Assembly: GCA_900617105.1 (NCBI GenBank)
Contig: UYFQ01000006.1
Coordinates: forward strand, 744,001-808,000
Source: Hydrurus foetidus
Lineage: Eukaryota
DNA length: 64,000 nucleotides
Reading direction: 5' to 3'
Shown here piece by piece: positions 9,906 to 18,734 of this stretch. Numbering within the stretch: position 1 is the stretch's first letter; each line of letters begins with the position of its first letter. The notes beneath the pieces are model-generated. The model worked only from the letters and a program-made list of their open reading frames with translations, did no database searches and was not told where the DNA came from. The translations under genes and the position numbers were made by a program.

Positions 9906-11459
9906 ATGATCCGCAAAAAGCTCCCCATCGGCATTCAGACGTTCCGCGAAATTCGCGAGGACAACTGCTACTACGTCGATAAAACCGGCTATGCGTTCAA
10001 GATGGCCACCGAGGGGAAAAGCTTTTTTCTCTCGCGCCCACGTCGTTTTGGCAAAAGCCTTTTCTTGGACACCTTGGGCGAACTGTTTGCGGGCAGCGAG
10101 GCGCTGTTTCAAGGGCTGTACGTGCATGACAAGTGGGATTGGTCACGCAAAGCACCTGTGGTGCGCATCAGTTTTGCAGAAGGCACTTGGCACAGCCGGG
10201 CGACGCTGGATGCGCGGATTGTGGATATTTTGGCGAACAACCGCAAGCAACTGGGCCTGAATAGCGAATCTCCTGGCAGCATCCCGTCTGCCTTTGAAGC
10301 TTTGCTTCGCGATGCCCACGCCGCCACAGGTGAGCGCGTGGTGGTGCTGGTGGACGAGTATGACAAGCCCATCTTGGACAACATCGACAACCCCGCCATC
10401 GCCGCTGAGATGCGCGATGGCTTGCGCAACTTCTATTCCGTCATCAAAGGGGCCGATGCGCACATTCGCTTTGCGATGCTGACCGGCGTTTCCAAATTCA
10501 GCAAGGTGAGTTTGTTTTCGGGGTTGAACCAGTTGAACGACATCACGATGGATGCCAAGTATTCGGCGCTGTGCGGCTATACCGATGCCGATATCGACAC
10601 CGTGTTCGCCCCTGAATTACCGGGCTTAGACCGCGCTGAGATGCGCCGCTGGTACAACGGCTACAACTGGACGGGCGAATCGGTCTACAACCCGTTTGAT
10701 TTGCTCTTGTTGTTAGAAAAGCGTGAGTTCAAAGCCCATTGGTTCGAGACTGGCACGCCCGACTTCTTGGTCAAATTACTCGCTCAGCGCCAAGCATGGC
10801 TGCCCGATTTGGGGCGCATGGAAACCGATGCCGACATGCTCAGCACCTTTGAGGTGGACAACATCCCCACTGAGGCGCTGATGTTTCAAGCGGGGTATCT
10901 GACGATTGATGCCCAAATCAACCTCGGTGGCACCTGGGTGTACACGCTGCGCTACCCCAACCACGAGGTCTATCAGAGCCTGAACACCAGCTTGCTCAGA
11001 GCGTGGACGCAGGATGCCAAAACCGGGGTGCATCACCGCATTGCCTTGTACCGGCTGTTGATGGTGAACGACTTCGCCGCCCTGCACCGTTTATTCACCA
11101 GCTTTTTCGCCTCCATTCCCCACGACTGGTACCGCAACAACCCCATCGCCCAGTACGAAGGTTATTACGCCAGCGTGTTTTACGCCTACTTTGCAGCTTT
11201 AGGCTTGGACATCACCCTGGAAGACGCCAGCAACCACGGGCGGCTGGACATGGCGGTCAAGTTCAATGCCCAGGTGTACCTGTTTGAGTTCAAGGTGGTC
11301 GAATTCGTGCCAGAGGGTAAAGCGCTGCAGCAGCTCAAAGACCGGGGCTATGCGGACAAGTACCGTGCATTGGGCCAGCCAATCCACCTGATTGGTGTGG
11401 AGTTCAGCCGGGATGCCCGCAGTGTGGTGGCGTTTGAGGTGGAGACGCTGGGCACATGA
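9906..11459 (+). CDS. AAA-ATPase-like protein with C-terminal PD-(D/E)XK nuclease domain
   Basis: KKLPIGIQTF, YYVDKT, Walker A RPRRFGKS, Walker B LVDEYD, C-terminal RLD..FEFK..ALQQL..Y. Confidence 0.88.
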   Translation: MIRKKLPIGIQTFREIREDNCYYVDKTGYAFKMATEGKSFFLSRPRRFGKSLFLDTLGELFAGSEALFQGLYVHDKWDWSRKAPVVRISFAEGTWHSRATLDARIVDILANNRKQLGLNSESPGSIPSAFEALLRDAHAATGERVVVLVDEYDKPILDNIDNPAIAAEMRDGLRNFYSVIKGADAHIRFAMLTGVSKFSKVSLFSGLNQLNDITMDAKYSALCGYTDADIDTVFAPELPGLDRAEMRRWYNGYNWTGESVYNPFDLLLLLEKREFKAHWFETGTPDFLVKLLAQRQAWLPDLGRMETDADMLSTFEVDNIPTEALMFQAGYLTIDAQINLGGTWVYTLRYPNHEVYQSLNTSLLRAWTQDAKTGVHHRIALYRLLMVNDFAALHRLFTSFFASIPHDWYRNNPIAQYEGYYASVFYAYFAALGLDITLEDASNHGRLDMAVKFNAQVYLFEFKVVEFVPEGKALQQLKDRGYADKYRALGQPIHLIGVEFSRDARSVVAFEVETLGT

Positions 11460-11529
11460 AGTGCAAGGGCGCATCGTATATTCACCCGTCACCGCGCTCT
11501 TGCACATGTACGCCGCTCAGAAAGCTTTT

Positions 11530-11889
11530 ATGGCAAAACGTGCCACTGCACTTCCCGTCCCACTTTTAGCCCCCGCGCCTGCGCCTACCGAATCTGATCA
11601 GGTTTTTGAGCTGGCGGCAGAGGTGTTTCGTGCCATGTCCGCTCCGATGCGGCTCAAGATCATCAGCAGCTTGTGCAATGGTGAGAAAAATGTTGGGGAG
11701 CTGTTGAGTGAAATCAAAACCACGCAGCCCAATATGTCGCAGCACCTGAACACCCTGTACCTGTCGGGCGTGCTGGGAAAACGGCGTGAGGGGGTGCAAA
11801 TTTACTACCGTATCGTCAACGATCGCGTGGTCACGCTGTGCCGTGCGGTGTGTACGCAAATTGCGATTGAGGTGGATGCCAAAAGCTAG
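11530..11889 (+). CDS. soxR: ArsR/SmtB-family regulator of the sox cluster (SoxR/BigR-like)
   Basis: PMRLKIISSLC, QPNMSQHL, REGVQIYY, C-terminal cysteines; immediately upstream of soxC. Confidence 0.75.
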   Translation: MAKRATALPVPLLAPAPAPTESDQVFELAAEVFRAMSAPMRLKIISSLCNGEKNVGELLSEIKTTQPNMSQHLNTLYLSGVLGKRREGVQIYYRIVNDRVVTLCRAVCTQIAIEVDAKS

Positions 11890-11914
11890 TGGTTTGAGGC
11901 TTGGTGTTGCATCT

Positions 11915-11936
11915 CATAGTTAATTTATTGATTATG
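11915..11936. promoter_or_regulatory. Imperfect palindrome, candidate ArsR-type operator in the soxC promoter
   Basis: CATAGTTAAT-TT-ATTGATTATG (8 of 10 arm matches) in an AT-rich intergenic region. Confidence 0.45.
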
Positions 11937-12032
11937 TTATTGCACTGGTATTTCTAACTTAAAAAGCACGTAAACCCTATACTTAAATTCGCTACTTGCT
12001 TATATATTGAAGGCTTCTACCAAGGAGTCGAT

Positions 12033-13427
12033 GTGACGATTCTCGATAGCAACGAAGCCCACCACCAGCCAGGGGTGCTGCGCAAAGCCCCTGAGCGGTT
12101 CCTGAGTGCTGAGGGTATTCAAACTGTGGTGACGCAAGCGCGGGCAGGGCGGCGCAGCTTCATTCGCACGGCTTTTGCGGGGGCACTCAGCGCGGGTGGG
12201 GCGGTCGCTTCTGCCGCTGCGGCTACCAACGCTGCCTTTACGGCTGAGGCAACAGCCAACGGCGACCCCCTCATTCTGAATTTGCCTGAGCACAGCAAGG
12301 GTTTGGGTCAACCTGTTGCAGCTGATGGCTATGGCAAACCTTCCAAGTTCGAAGCTAATGTGCAGCGCCGCCCAAGCCCTGGGTTGACGCAGACGCCCCA
12401 GGCCTCCGTGTCGTTTTCACCCTTGCAGTCGCAGTTCGGCATCGTCACCGCCAACGGTTTGCACTTTGAGCGCCACCACCAAGGTTGGTGGGACATTGAC
12501 CCGACCAAGCATCGGTTGATGCTCAATGGCCTGCTCAAGCGGAACATGGTGTTCACGGTGGACGAGTTGATGCGCTTGCCCAGTGTGTCGCGCTTTCACT
12601 TCATTGAATGTGGTGCCAATACCGGCATGGAATGGGGCAATGTGGCGGTGCCCACGGTGCAGTACACCCACGGCATGGTGTCGTGCAGCGAATTCACGGG
12701 CGTGCCGCTCATTACCCTGCTGGAGATGGCGGGCGCTGACCTCAAGGCTGGCAAGTTCGTGCTGGCCGAAGGGGCAGATGGTTCATCCATGACGCGCACC
12801 ATCCCGATGGGGTTGATCCGCTCTGGCGAGGTGCTGGTCGCCTACGGGCAAAACGGCGAAATGCTGCGCCCTGAGCAAGGCTACCCGCTGCGCCTCATCG
12901 TGCCGGGCGTGCAGGGCGTGAGCTGGGTGAAGTACCTGCGCCGTATCGAGCTGGGCGACCAGCCCTACGGCACCAAAGACGAGACGCTGCACTACATCGA
13001 CCTGATGCCTGATGGCACGCACCGCCAGTACACCAGCGTGCAGGAATGCAAAAGCGTCGTCACCACGCCTTCGGGTGGTCAGCAGCTTCTTGCCAAGGGG
13101 TTTTACAACATCACCGGTCTGGCATGGTCGGGGCGCGGCAAGGTGAAAAAGGTGGAGGTGTCGGTGGATGGTGGGCGCAACTGGCGCACCGCCCGGCTTG
13201 AGTCTCCCGTGCTGTCCAAATGCCTTACTCGCTTCAACCTCGATTGGGTGTGGAACGGCCAGCCTGCGCTGGTTCAAAGCCGGGCTACCGATGACACCGG
13301 CTACGTGCAGCCCAACACCCGCCAACTGCGCGAGGTGCGGGGCACGCGGTCGATTTACCACAACAACGCGGTGCAAACTTGGCAGGTCAGTGAAAGTGGT
13401 GAGGTGCGCAATGTTCAACTTTCTTAA
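12033..13427 (+). CDS. soxC: Sulfane dehydrogenase molybdopterin subunit
   Basis: Tat RRSF, LHFERHH, FIECGAN, GYPLRL, SIYHNN. Confidence 0.95.
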   Translation: MTILDSNEAHHQPGVLRKAPERFLSAEGIQTVVTQARAGRRSFIRTAFAGALSAGGAVASAAAATNAAFTAEATANGDPLILNLPEHSKGLGQPVAADGYGKPSKFEANVQRRPSPGLTQTPQASVSFSPLQSQFGIVTANGLHFERHHQGWWDIDPTKHRLMLNGLLKRNMVFTVDELMRLPSVSRFHFIECGANTGMEWGNVAVPTVQYTHGMVSCSEFTGVPLITLLEMAGADLKAGKFVLAEGADGSSMTRTIPMGLIRSGEVLVAYGQNGEMLRPEQGYPLRLIVPGVQGVSWVKYLRRIELGDQPYGTKDETLHYIDLMPDGTHRQYTSVQECKSVVTTPSGGQQLLAKGFYNITGLAWSGRGKVKKVEVSVDGGRNWRTARLESPVLSKCLTRFNLDWVWNGQPALVQSRATDDTGYVQPNTRQLREVRGTRSIYHNNAVQTWQVSESGEVRNVQLS

Positions 13428-14496
13428 GCCCGGTGCGGCACACTGGTGGGCAGGTCTGTGTCTTGGCGCGGCTGCAGGCTTGGCGCAAGCACAGGCGTAC
13501 GCTGGCGTGTATCCCGGTCTAGGCCGCACCGCTACCGCGAGCGAAGTTGCTGCGTGGGACATTGATGTGCGGCCTGATTTCAAAGGCTTGCCGGTCGGTT
13601 CTGGCTCGGTCACCCAGGGGCAGGGGGTGTGGGAGTCCAAATGTGCCTCATGCCACGGTGTGTTCGGCGAATCGGGTGAGGTGTTCAACCCCCTGGTGGG
13701 TGGCACCACGGCGCAGGACGTGCAGACGGGCCGTGTTGCCAGTCTCAAGGCCAACAGCTTTCCTGGCCGCACCACGCTGATGAAGCTCTCCAGCGTCTCC
13801 ACTCTGTGGGATTACATCAACCGCGCCATGCCCTGGAACGCGCCCAAATCGCTGACGGCGGACGAGGTGTACGCCGTCAGCGCCTATCTGCTGAATTTGG
13901 GCGGCGTGCTGCCCGATGACTTCACCTTCAGCAACACCAACATTGCCACGGTGCAAGCCCGTCTGCCCAACAGAAACGGCCTGCAAACCCGGCATGCGCT
14001 GTGGCCCGACCTGGGTAGCCTGCCCGGCCAGACGCGCCAGCCCGATGTACGGGCCACAGCGTGCCAAGTCAACTGTGCAGTCGGCGTGAAAGTAGCCTCC
14101 TTTTTGCCTGACCACGCCCGCAACAACCACGGCAACTTGGCCGAGCAAAACCGCTTGGTGGGGCCGCAGCGCGGGATGGTAACGACAGCGGTGACAGCGG
14201 TGACAGCGGCGACGACGGCTGTGGCGGCACTTGCCCCACCCGCTACAACCCCTAGCATTCAGGCCGTGTTGCAAAAGAACAGCTGCACCGCCTGCCACGC
14301 TCAGAGCCAGGCGCTGGTGGGGCCTGCGTTCCAAGCGATTGCCGCCAAGTACACCGGGCAAATGGATTACCTTGCGGGCAAAATTCGAGCGGGCAGTGTG
14401 GGTGTATGGGGGGCCATCCCCATGCCCGCTCAGAGTTTGGGTGATGCTGATGCCGCCAGCATTGCTCGCTGGCTTGCTGGCGGAGCGGTCAAATAA
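13411..14496 (+). CDS. soxD: Sulfane dehydrogenase diheme cytochrome c subunit
   Basis: WDIDVRPD, CASCH, LWDYINRAMP, second heme CTACH; overlaps the soxC end. Confidence 0.92.
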   Translation: MFNFLKPGAAHWWAGLCLGAAAGLAQAQAYAGVYPGLGRTATASEVAAWDIDVRPDFKGLPVGSGSVTQGQGVWESKCASCHGVFGESGEVFNPLVGGTTAQDVQTGRVASLKANSFPGRTTLMKLSSVSTLWDYINRAMPWNAPKSLTADEVYAVSAYLLNLGGVLPDDFTFSNTNIATVQARLPNRNGLQTRHALWPDLGSLPGQTRQPDVRATACQVNCAVGVKVASFLPDHARNNHGNLAEQNRLVGPQRGMVTTAVTAVTAATTAVAALAPPATTPSIQAVLQKNSCTACHAQSQALVGPAFQAIAAKYTGQMDYLAGKIRAGSVGVWGAIPMPAQSLGDADAASIARWLAGGAVK

Positions 14497-14604
14497 AGTC
14501 GCTCTGACCATAATGCAGCCCATGCGATAAACGCATCCCTCTGTTTTCTACATCCCTTAGTCTCAGTGCCACCCATGTCCCTCGCCTCACCAGGAGCCAA
14601 TTCG

Positions 14605-15075
14605 ATGCAAACCCCCCTGCACACCCGACGTGAAACCCTTAAGCACAGTTTGGCTGTGGCCGGGCTCTTGGCCAGCGCGGGTCTGATGCCCTCAGCCGCC
14701 CATGCAGCCTACAGCAAAGCCCTGTTTGATGCCAAAACCCCCGCTGAGGTCTACAAAGCGCTGGGGGCCAGCGTCCCGGTGGAGAGCAAAGACGTGATCC
14801 TCACCGCGCCCGACATTGCCGAAAACGGTGCCGTGGTACCGCTGGGGGTCAGCACCACGCTGGCAGGGGTCAAAACCCTGTTGATCTTGGTAGAAAAGAA
14901 CCCCAATACGGCGGTAGCGCTGTTCCACGTCAGCGATGCGGTAGAAGCCAATTTTTCTACCCGCGCCAAGCTGGGCCAGTCGTCGGATGTGCTGGCTGTG
15001 GCCCAGATGGCCGATGGCCGTTGGCTGTTCGCTAAAAAAGAAGTCAAAGTGACCTTGGGTGGCTGCGGGGGGTGA
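14605..15075 (+). CDS. soxY: Sulfur carrier protein SoxY
   Basis: Tat RRETL, PDIAENG, C-terminal VTLGGCGG swinging arm. Confidence 0.97.
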   Translation: MQTPLHTRRETLKHSLAVAGLLASAGLMPSAAHAAYSKALFDAKTPAEVYKALGASVPVESKDVILTAPDIAENGAVVPLGVSTTLAGVKTLLILVEKNPNTAVALFHVSDAVEANFSTRAKLGQSSDVLAVAQMADGRWLFAKKEVKVTLGGCGG

Positions 15076-15095
15076 TTTTTCGCGTTATTTTTAGA

Positions 15096-15151
15096 TCAAA
15101 TTAGCCCTTAAAGCTTGTTATATCAGCGTAGACAGCTATAAATTCAGGAGT
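15096..15151 (+). repeat. 56-bp dispersed motif, copy 1 (intergenic; supplies the soxZ RBS)
   Basis: TCAAAT...CAGCTATAAATTCAGGAGT; last 19 nt identical to the copy at 23509. Confidence 0.8.
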
Positions 15152-15158
15152 ATTTAAG

Positions 15159-15470
15159 ATGGCAGATGCAATGCGCGTTCGCGCTCAAGTCGCCGGGGCC
15201 AATGCCACCGTGCGCGTTCTCATGGGTCACGAGATGGAAACCGGCCAGCGCAAAGACGCGGCGGGAAAAATCATCCCCGCTTGGTACATCCAGGAGGTGA
15301 TGGCCACCCTCAATGGCAAAACCGTGCTGACCGCCGAATGGGGCCCAGCGGTGTCCAAAAACCCGTTCATGCAGTTCAGCATCAAAGGCGCAAAGGCGGG
15401 TGACAAGGTGGCGATCTCTTGGCGCGACAACCGGGGCGAAACCCGCACCGATGAGGCTGTGGTGACATGA
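15159..15470 (+). CDS. soxZ: Sulfur carrier protein SoxZ
   Basis: HEMETGQRKD, VSKNP, WRDNRG. Confidence 0.96.
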   Translation: MADAMRVRAQVAGANATVRVLMGHEMETGQRKDAAGKIIPAWYIQEVMATLNGKTVLTAEWGPAVSKNPFMQFSIKGAKAGDKVAISWRDNRGETRTDEAVVT

Positions 15471-16279
15471 AGCCCGCCGTCGCCCTGTTAGCGTCCCTGT
15501 GTACCTCCCTGTTAGCTGTGGCTCCAATGGCAGCGATGGCCCAAAAAACCACCGCCGAAGGCATCGCCGAATACCGTGCCATGCTGGAAGACGGCAACCC
15601 TGCCGAGCTGTTCGAGGCCAAAGGCGAAGACCTCTGGAAGACCCCGCGTGGCCCCAAAAACACCAGCCTGCAAGCCTGTGACCTGGGCAAAGGCCCCGGT
15701 GTGGTCAAAGGCGCGTTCGTCGAACTGCCTCGCTACTTTGCCGACACCGCCCGCGTGCAAGACCTGGAAAGCCGCCTGCTGACGTGCATGGAAACGCTGC
15801 AAGGCTTCAGCGCAGCGGCCATCGCCAAAACCCCTTTTGGCCGGGACGAGCAAAAGAACATGGAAGCCTATGTGGCATGGATTTCGGGTGAATCCAAGGG
15901 GATGAAATTCAACCTGCCCCAGGCCCATTCCCAAGAGCGGGCGATGTTCGAGGTGGGTAAGCGCCTGTTCTTCATGCGTGCAGGCACCCATGATTTCGCC
16001 TGCGCTTCGTGCCACGGCGAAGACGGCAAACGCATCCGCCTGCAAGACCTGCCCAAGCTGACAAGCAACCCCGGTGCCGTGGCAGGCTTTGGCGCATGGC
16101 CGGCCTACCGCGTGTCGTCGGGTGAGCTGTGGAGCATGCAGCGCCGCTTGAACGATTGCTACCGCCAGCAGCGCTTCCCCTACCCCGGCTACGCCAGCGA
16201 CGCCACCATCGCGCTGGGCGTGTATTTGGGGGTTAATAGCCAAGGCGGCGCGGCGATCACACCCAGCCTTAAACGCTGA
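15467..16279 (+). CDS. soxA: SoxA cytochrome c (monoheme type)
   Basis: GNPAEL, one CASCH, WPAYR, RLNDCYRQQR. Confidence 0.95.
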   Translation: MKPAVALLASLCTSLLAVAPMAAMAQKTTAEGIAEYRAMLEDGNPAELFEAKGEDLWKTPRGPKNTSLQACDLGKGPGVVKGAFVELPRYFADTARVQDLESRLLTCMETLQGFSAAAIAKTPFGRDEQKNMEAYVAWISGESKGMKFNLPQAHSQERAMFEVGKRLFFMRAGTHDFACASCHGEDGKRIRLQDLPKLTSNPGAVAGFGAWPAYRVSSGELWSMQRRLNDCYRQQRFPYPGYASDATIALGVYLGVNSQGGAAITPSLKR

Positions 16280-16291
16280 AGGAAGGCATTG

Positions 16292-16948
16292 ATGAACACC
16301 CCAAATCTATTCACCTTAGCGGGCTTGGCTGTGGCGCTGACCACCGTGGCGTGCAGCAGCCTGCCTACCGCTGCCGAGCTGGACACCCTGACCTCCAGCG
16401 TCATTGCCAGCTCGTTCCGCGACCAAGGCATCGCCAAAGTTGACCGTCTGGTGCAAGACGACTCGAACCGCGAATGCAGCCAAGCCGAAGCCACTGGCAA
16501 GCCCCTCACGGCTGAGCGCGCCAAGGCCATTGAGGAAACCAGCCTCAAAACCGTCAAGCCCCCCAGCAACGGCAACTACCTGGGCGATTGGCGCGAGGGT
16601 GAAAAAATCGCGCAAAACGGCCGGGGCATGACCTGGACTGACGCGACCACCGCCCCCGGTGGCGGCAATTGCTACAACTGCCACCAGATCAGCAAACAAG
16701 AAATCTCCTTCGGCACCCTCGGCCCCAGCCTGTACCAGTACGGCAAGTTGCGCGGTGTGGGTGACCCGGCCAGCGCGGCGGCCAAGCCCATCGTGGACTA
16801 CACCTGGGGCAAGCTGTGGAACGCCAAAGCCTACAACGCCTGCTCAGCCATGCCGCGCTTTGGGCACGCCAGCCTGCTGAACGAAAAGCAGATTCAAGAC
16901 GTGATGGCTTTGTTGCTCGACCCGGCTTCCCCCGTGAATCAACCTTAA
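16292..16948 (+). CDS. soxX: SoxX cytochrome c
   Basis: Lipoprotein-like signal, GNCYNCH, GPSL, MPRFG. Confidence 0.95.
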   Translation: MNTPNLFTLAGLAVALTTVACSSLPTAAELDTLTSSVIASSFRDQGIAKVDRLVQDDSNRECSQAEATGKPLTAERAKAIEETSLKTVKPPSNGNYLGDWREGEKIAQNGRGMTWTDATTAPGGGNCYNCHQISKQEISFGTLGPSLYQYGKLRGVGDPASAAAKPIVDYTWGKLWNAKAYNACSAMPRFGHASLLNEKQIQDVMALLLDPASPVNQP

Positions 16949-16973
16949 CAACCCTGACAACCTTGAGTTTTTG

Positions 16974-18689
16974 ATGAACCTCTCCACCCGCGAATTCTTG
17001 CAAGTCCTGGGCGCGGGTGCTGTCGCTGGCCTGGGCCTTGGTGCCCATGCGCATGCCCACGCCAAGACAGACACGGTAGCCGCTGGCCACGCCTTCTATG
17101 ACTTGCCCCGCTTCGGCAACGTCTCTCTGCTGCACATGACGGACTGCCACGCGCAGCTCTTGCCCAGCTATTTCCGTGAGCCCAGCGTCAACCTCGGGGT
17201 GGGTGACATGGCGGGGCGCTTGCCGCATTTGGTGGGCGAGGCGTTGCTCAAAGCCACGGGCATCCCTGCAGGCTCGGCCAGCGCCTACGCCTTCAGCCAC
17301 CTGAATTTCGAGCAGGCCGCCCGCCGCTACGGCCATGTCGGCGGTTTTGCGCAGCTGGCCACCTTGGTCAAGCGCCTCAAAGCCAGCCGCCCCGGTGCGC
17401 TGCTGCTCGACGGTGGTGACACCTGGCAAGGCAGCGCCACCAGCCTGTGGACGCAGGGCCAAGACATGGTGGACGCCGCGCTGCTGCTGGGCGTGGACGT
17501 GATGACAGGCCACTGGGAATTCACCTACGGCATGGCCCGTGTCACCGAGATCGTGGAAAAGCAGCTCGCAGGCCGCATCGAATTTCTCGCTCAAAACATC
17601 GCTACGGCCGACTTCGGCGACCCGGTGTTCAAGCCGTACACCTGGCGGCAGATCAACGGCATCAAAGTCGCCATCATCGGCCAAGCTTTTCCCTACACGC
17701 CGATTGCCAACCCACGTTACATGGTGGAAGACTGGCGCTTTGGCATCCAAGAAGAGTCCCTGCAAAAGGTGGTGAACGAGGTCAAAAGCCAGGGCGCTCA
17801 ACTGGTCGTGCTGCTCTCGCACAACGGCATGGACGTGGACTTGAAGCTCGCCAGCCGCGTCACCGGCATCCACGCCATCCTGGGTGGTCACACGCACGAC
17901 GGGGTGCCCGTGCCCACTGTGGTCAGCAACGCCAGTGGCAAAACCATCGTCACCAACGCGGGGTCGAACGGCAAATTTTTAGGCGTGATGGATTTTGAAG
18001 TCAAAGGCGGCCAAGTCACCGATTTCCGCTACAAACTGCTGCCCGTCTTCGCCAATCTGCTGCCCGCTGACCCGGCGATGGCCGCGCTCATCACCCGCGT
18101 ACGTGCGCCGTTTGCCGACAAATTGGCTGAAACCCTGGCCGTTACCGAGGGTACGCTGTACCGCCGGGGCAATTTCAACGGCAGCGGCGACCAGTTGCTG
18201 CTCGATGCCATGCTGGAAGTGCAGGGCGCAGACATCGCCTTTTCCCCTGGCTTTCGCTGGGGCACCACGCTCTTGCCCGGCCAAGCCATCACCCGCGAAT
18301 GGCTGATGGACATGACGGCCACCACCTATTCGTATTCCACGTTAACCGAGATGAGCGGTGAGACGATCAAAACCGTGCTGGAAGACGTGGCCGACAACCT
18401 CTTCAACCCCGATCCGTACTACCAGCAAGGCGGCGATATGGTGCGGGTGGGTGGTTTGACTTACCGCTGTAACCCATTGGAGGGCATAGGCCGACGCATC
18501 AGCGATATGCGCCTGAAGGGCCGGTTGATCGAGGCGGGCAAGACCTACAAGGTGGCCGGTTGGGCACCGGTGAGCGCACAAGCGCGTAACCCTGGTGGGC
18601 CTATGGTGTGGGATGTGGTGGAGACGTGGCTCAAGGCCAAGGGCAAGATCAGCCCCAGACGGGTGAATGTGCCTGAAACCAAAGGCTAG
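16974..18689 (+). CDS. soxB: Thiosulfohydrolase SoxB
   Basis: DCHAQL, DGGDTWQG, GHWEF, SHNG, GHTHD, PGFRWG, YQQGGDM. Confidence 0.97.
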   Translation: MNLSTREFLQVLGAGAVAGLGLGAHAHAHAKTDTVAAGHAFYDLPRFGNVSLLHMTDCHAQLLPSYFREPSVNLGVGDMAGRLPHLVGEALLKATGIPAGSASAYAFSHLNFEQAARRYGHVGGFAQLATLVKRLKASRPGALLLDGGDTWQGSATSLWTQGQDMVDAALLLGVDVMTGHWEFTYGMARVTEIVEKQLAGRIEFLAQNIATADFGDPVFKPYTWRQINGIKVAIIGQAFPYTPIANPRYMVEDWRFGIQEESLQKVVNEVKSQGAQLVVLLSHNGMDVDLKLASRVTGIHAILGGHTHDGVPVPTVVSNASGKTIVTNAGSNGKFLGVMDFEVKGGQVTDFRYKLLPVFANLLPADPAMAALITRVRAPFADKLAETLAVTEGTLYRRGNFNGSGDQLLLDAMLEVQGADIAFSPGFRWGTTLLPGQAITREWLMDMTATTYSYSTLTEMSGETIKTVLEDVADNLFNPDPYYQQGGDMVRVGGLTYRCNPLEGIGRRISDMRLKGRLIEAGKTYKVAGWAPVSAQARNPGGPMVWDVVETWLKAKGKISPRRVNVPETKG

Positions 18690-18734
18690 CGCCAGATTAA
18701 CTATCATTGCAGGTTGCTCTGAAAATACCCTGCC

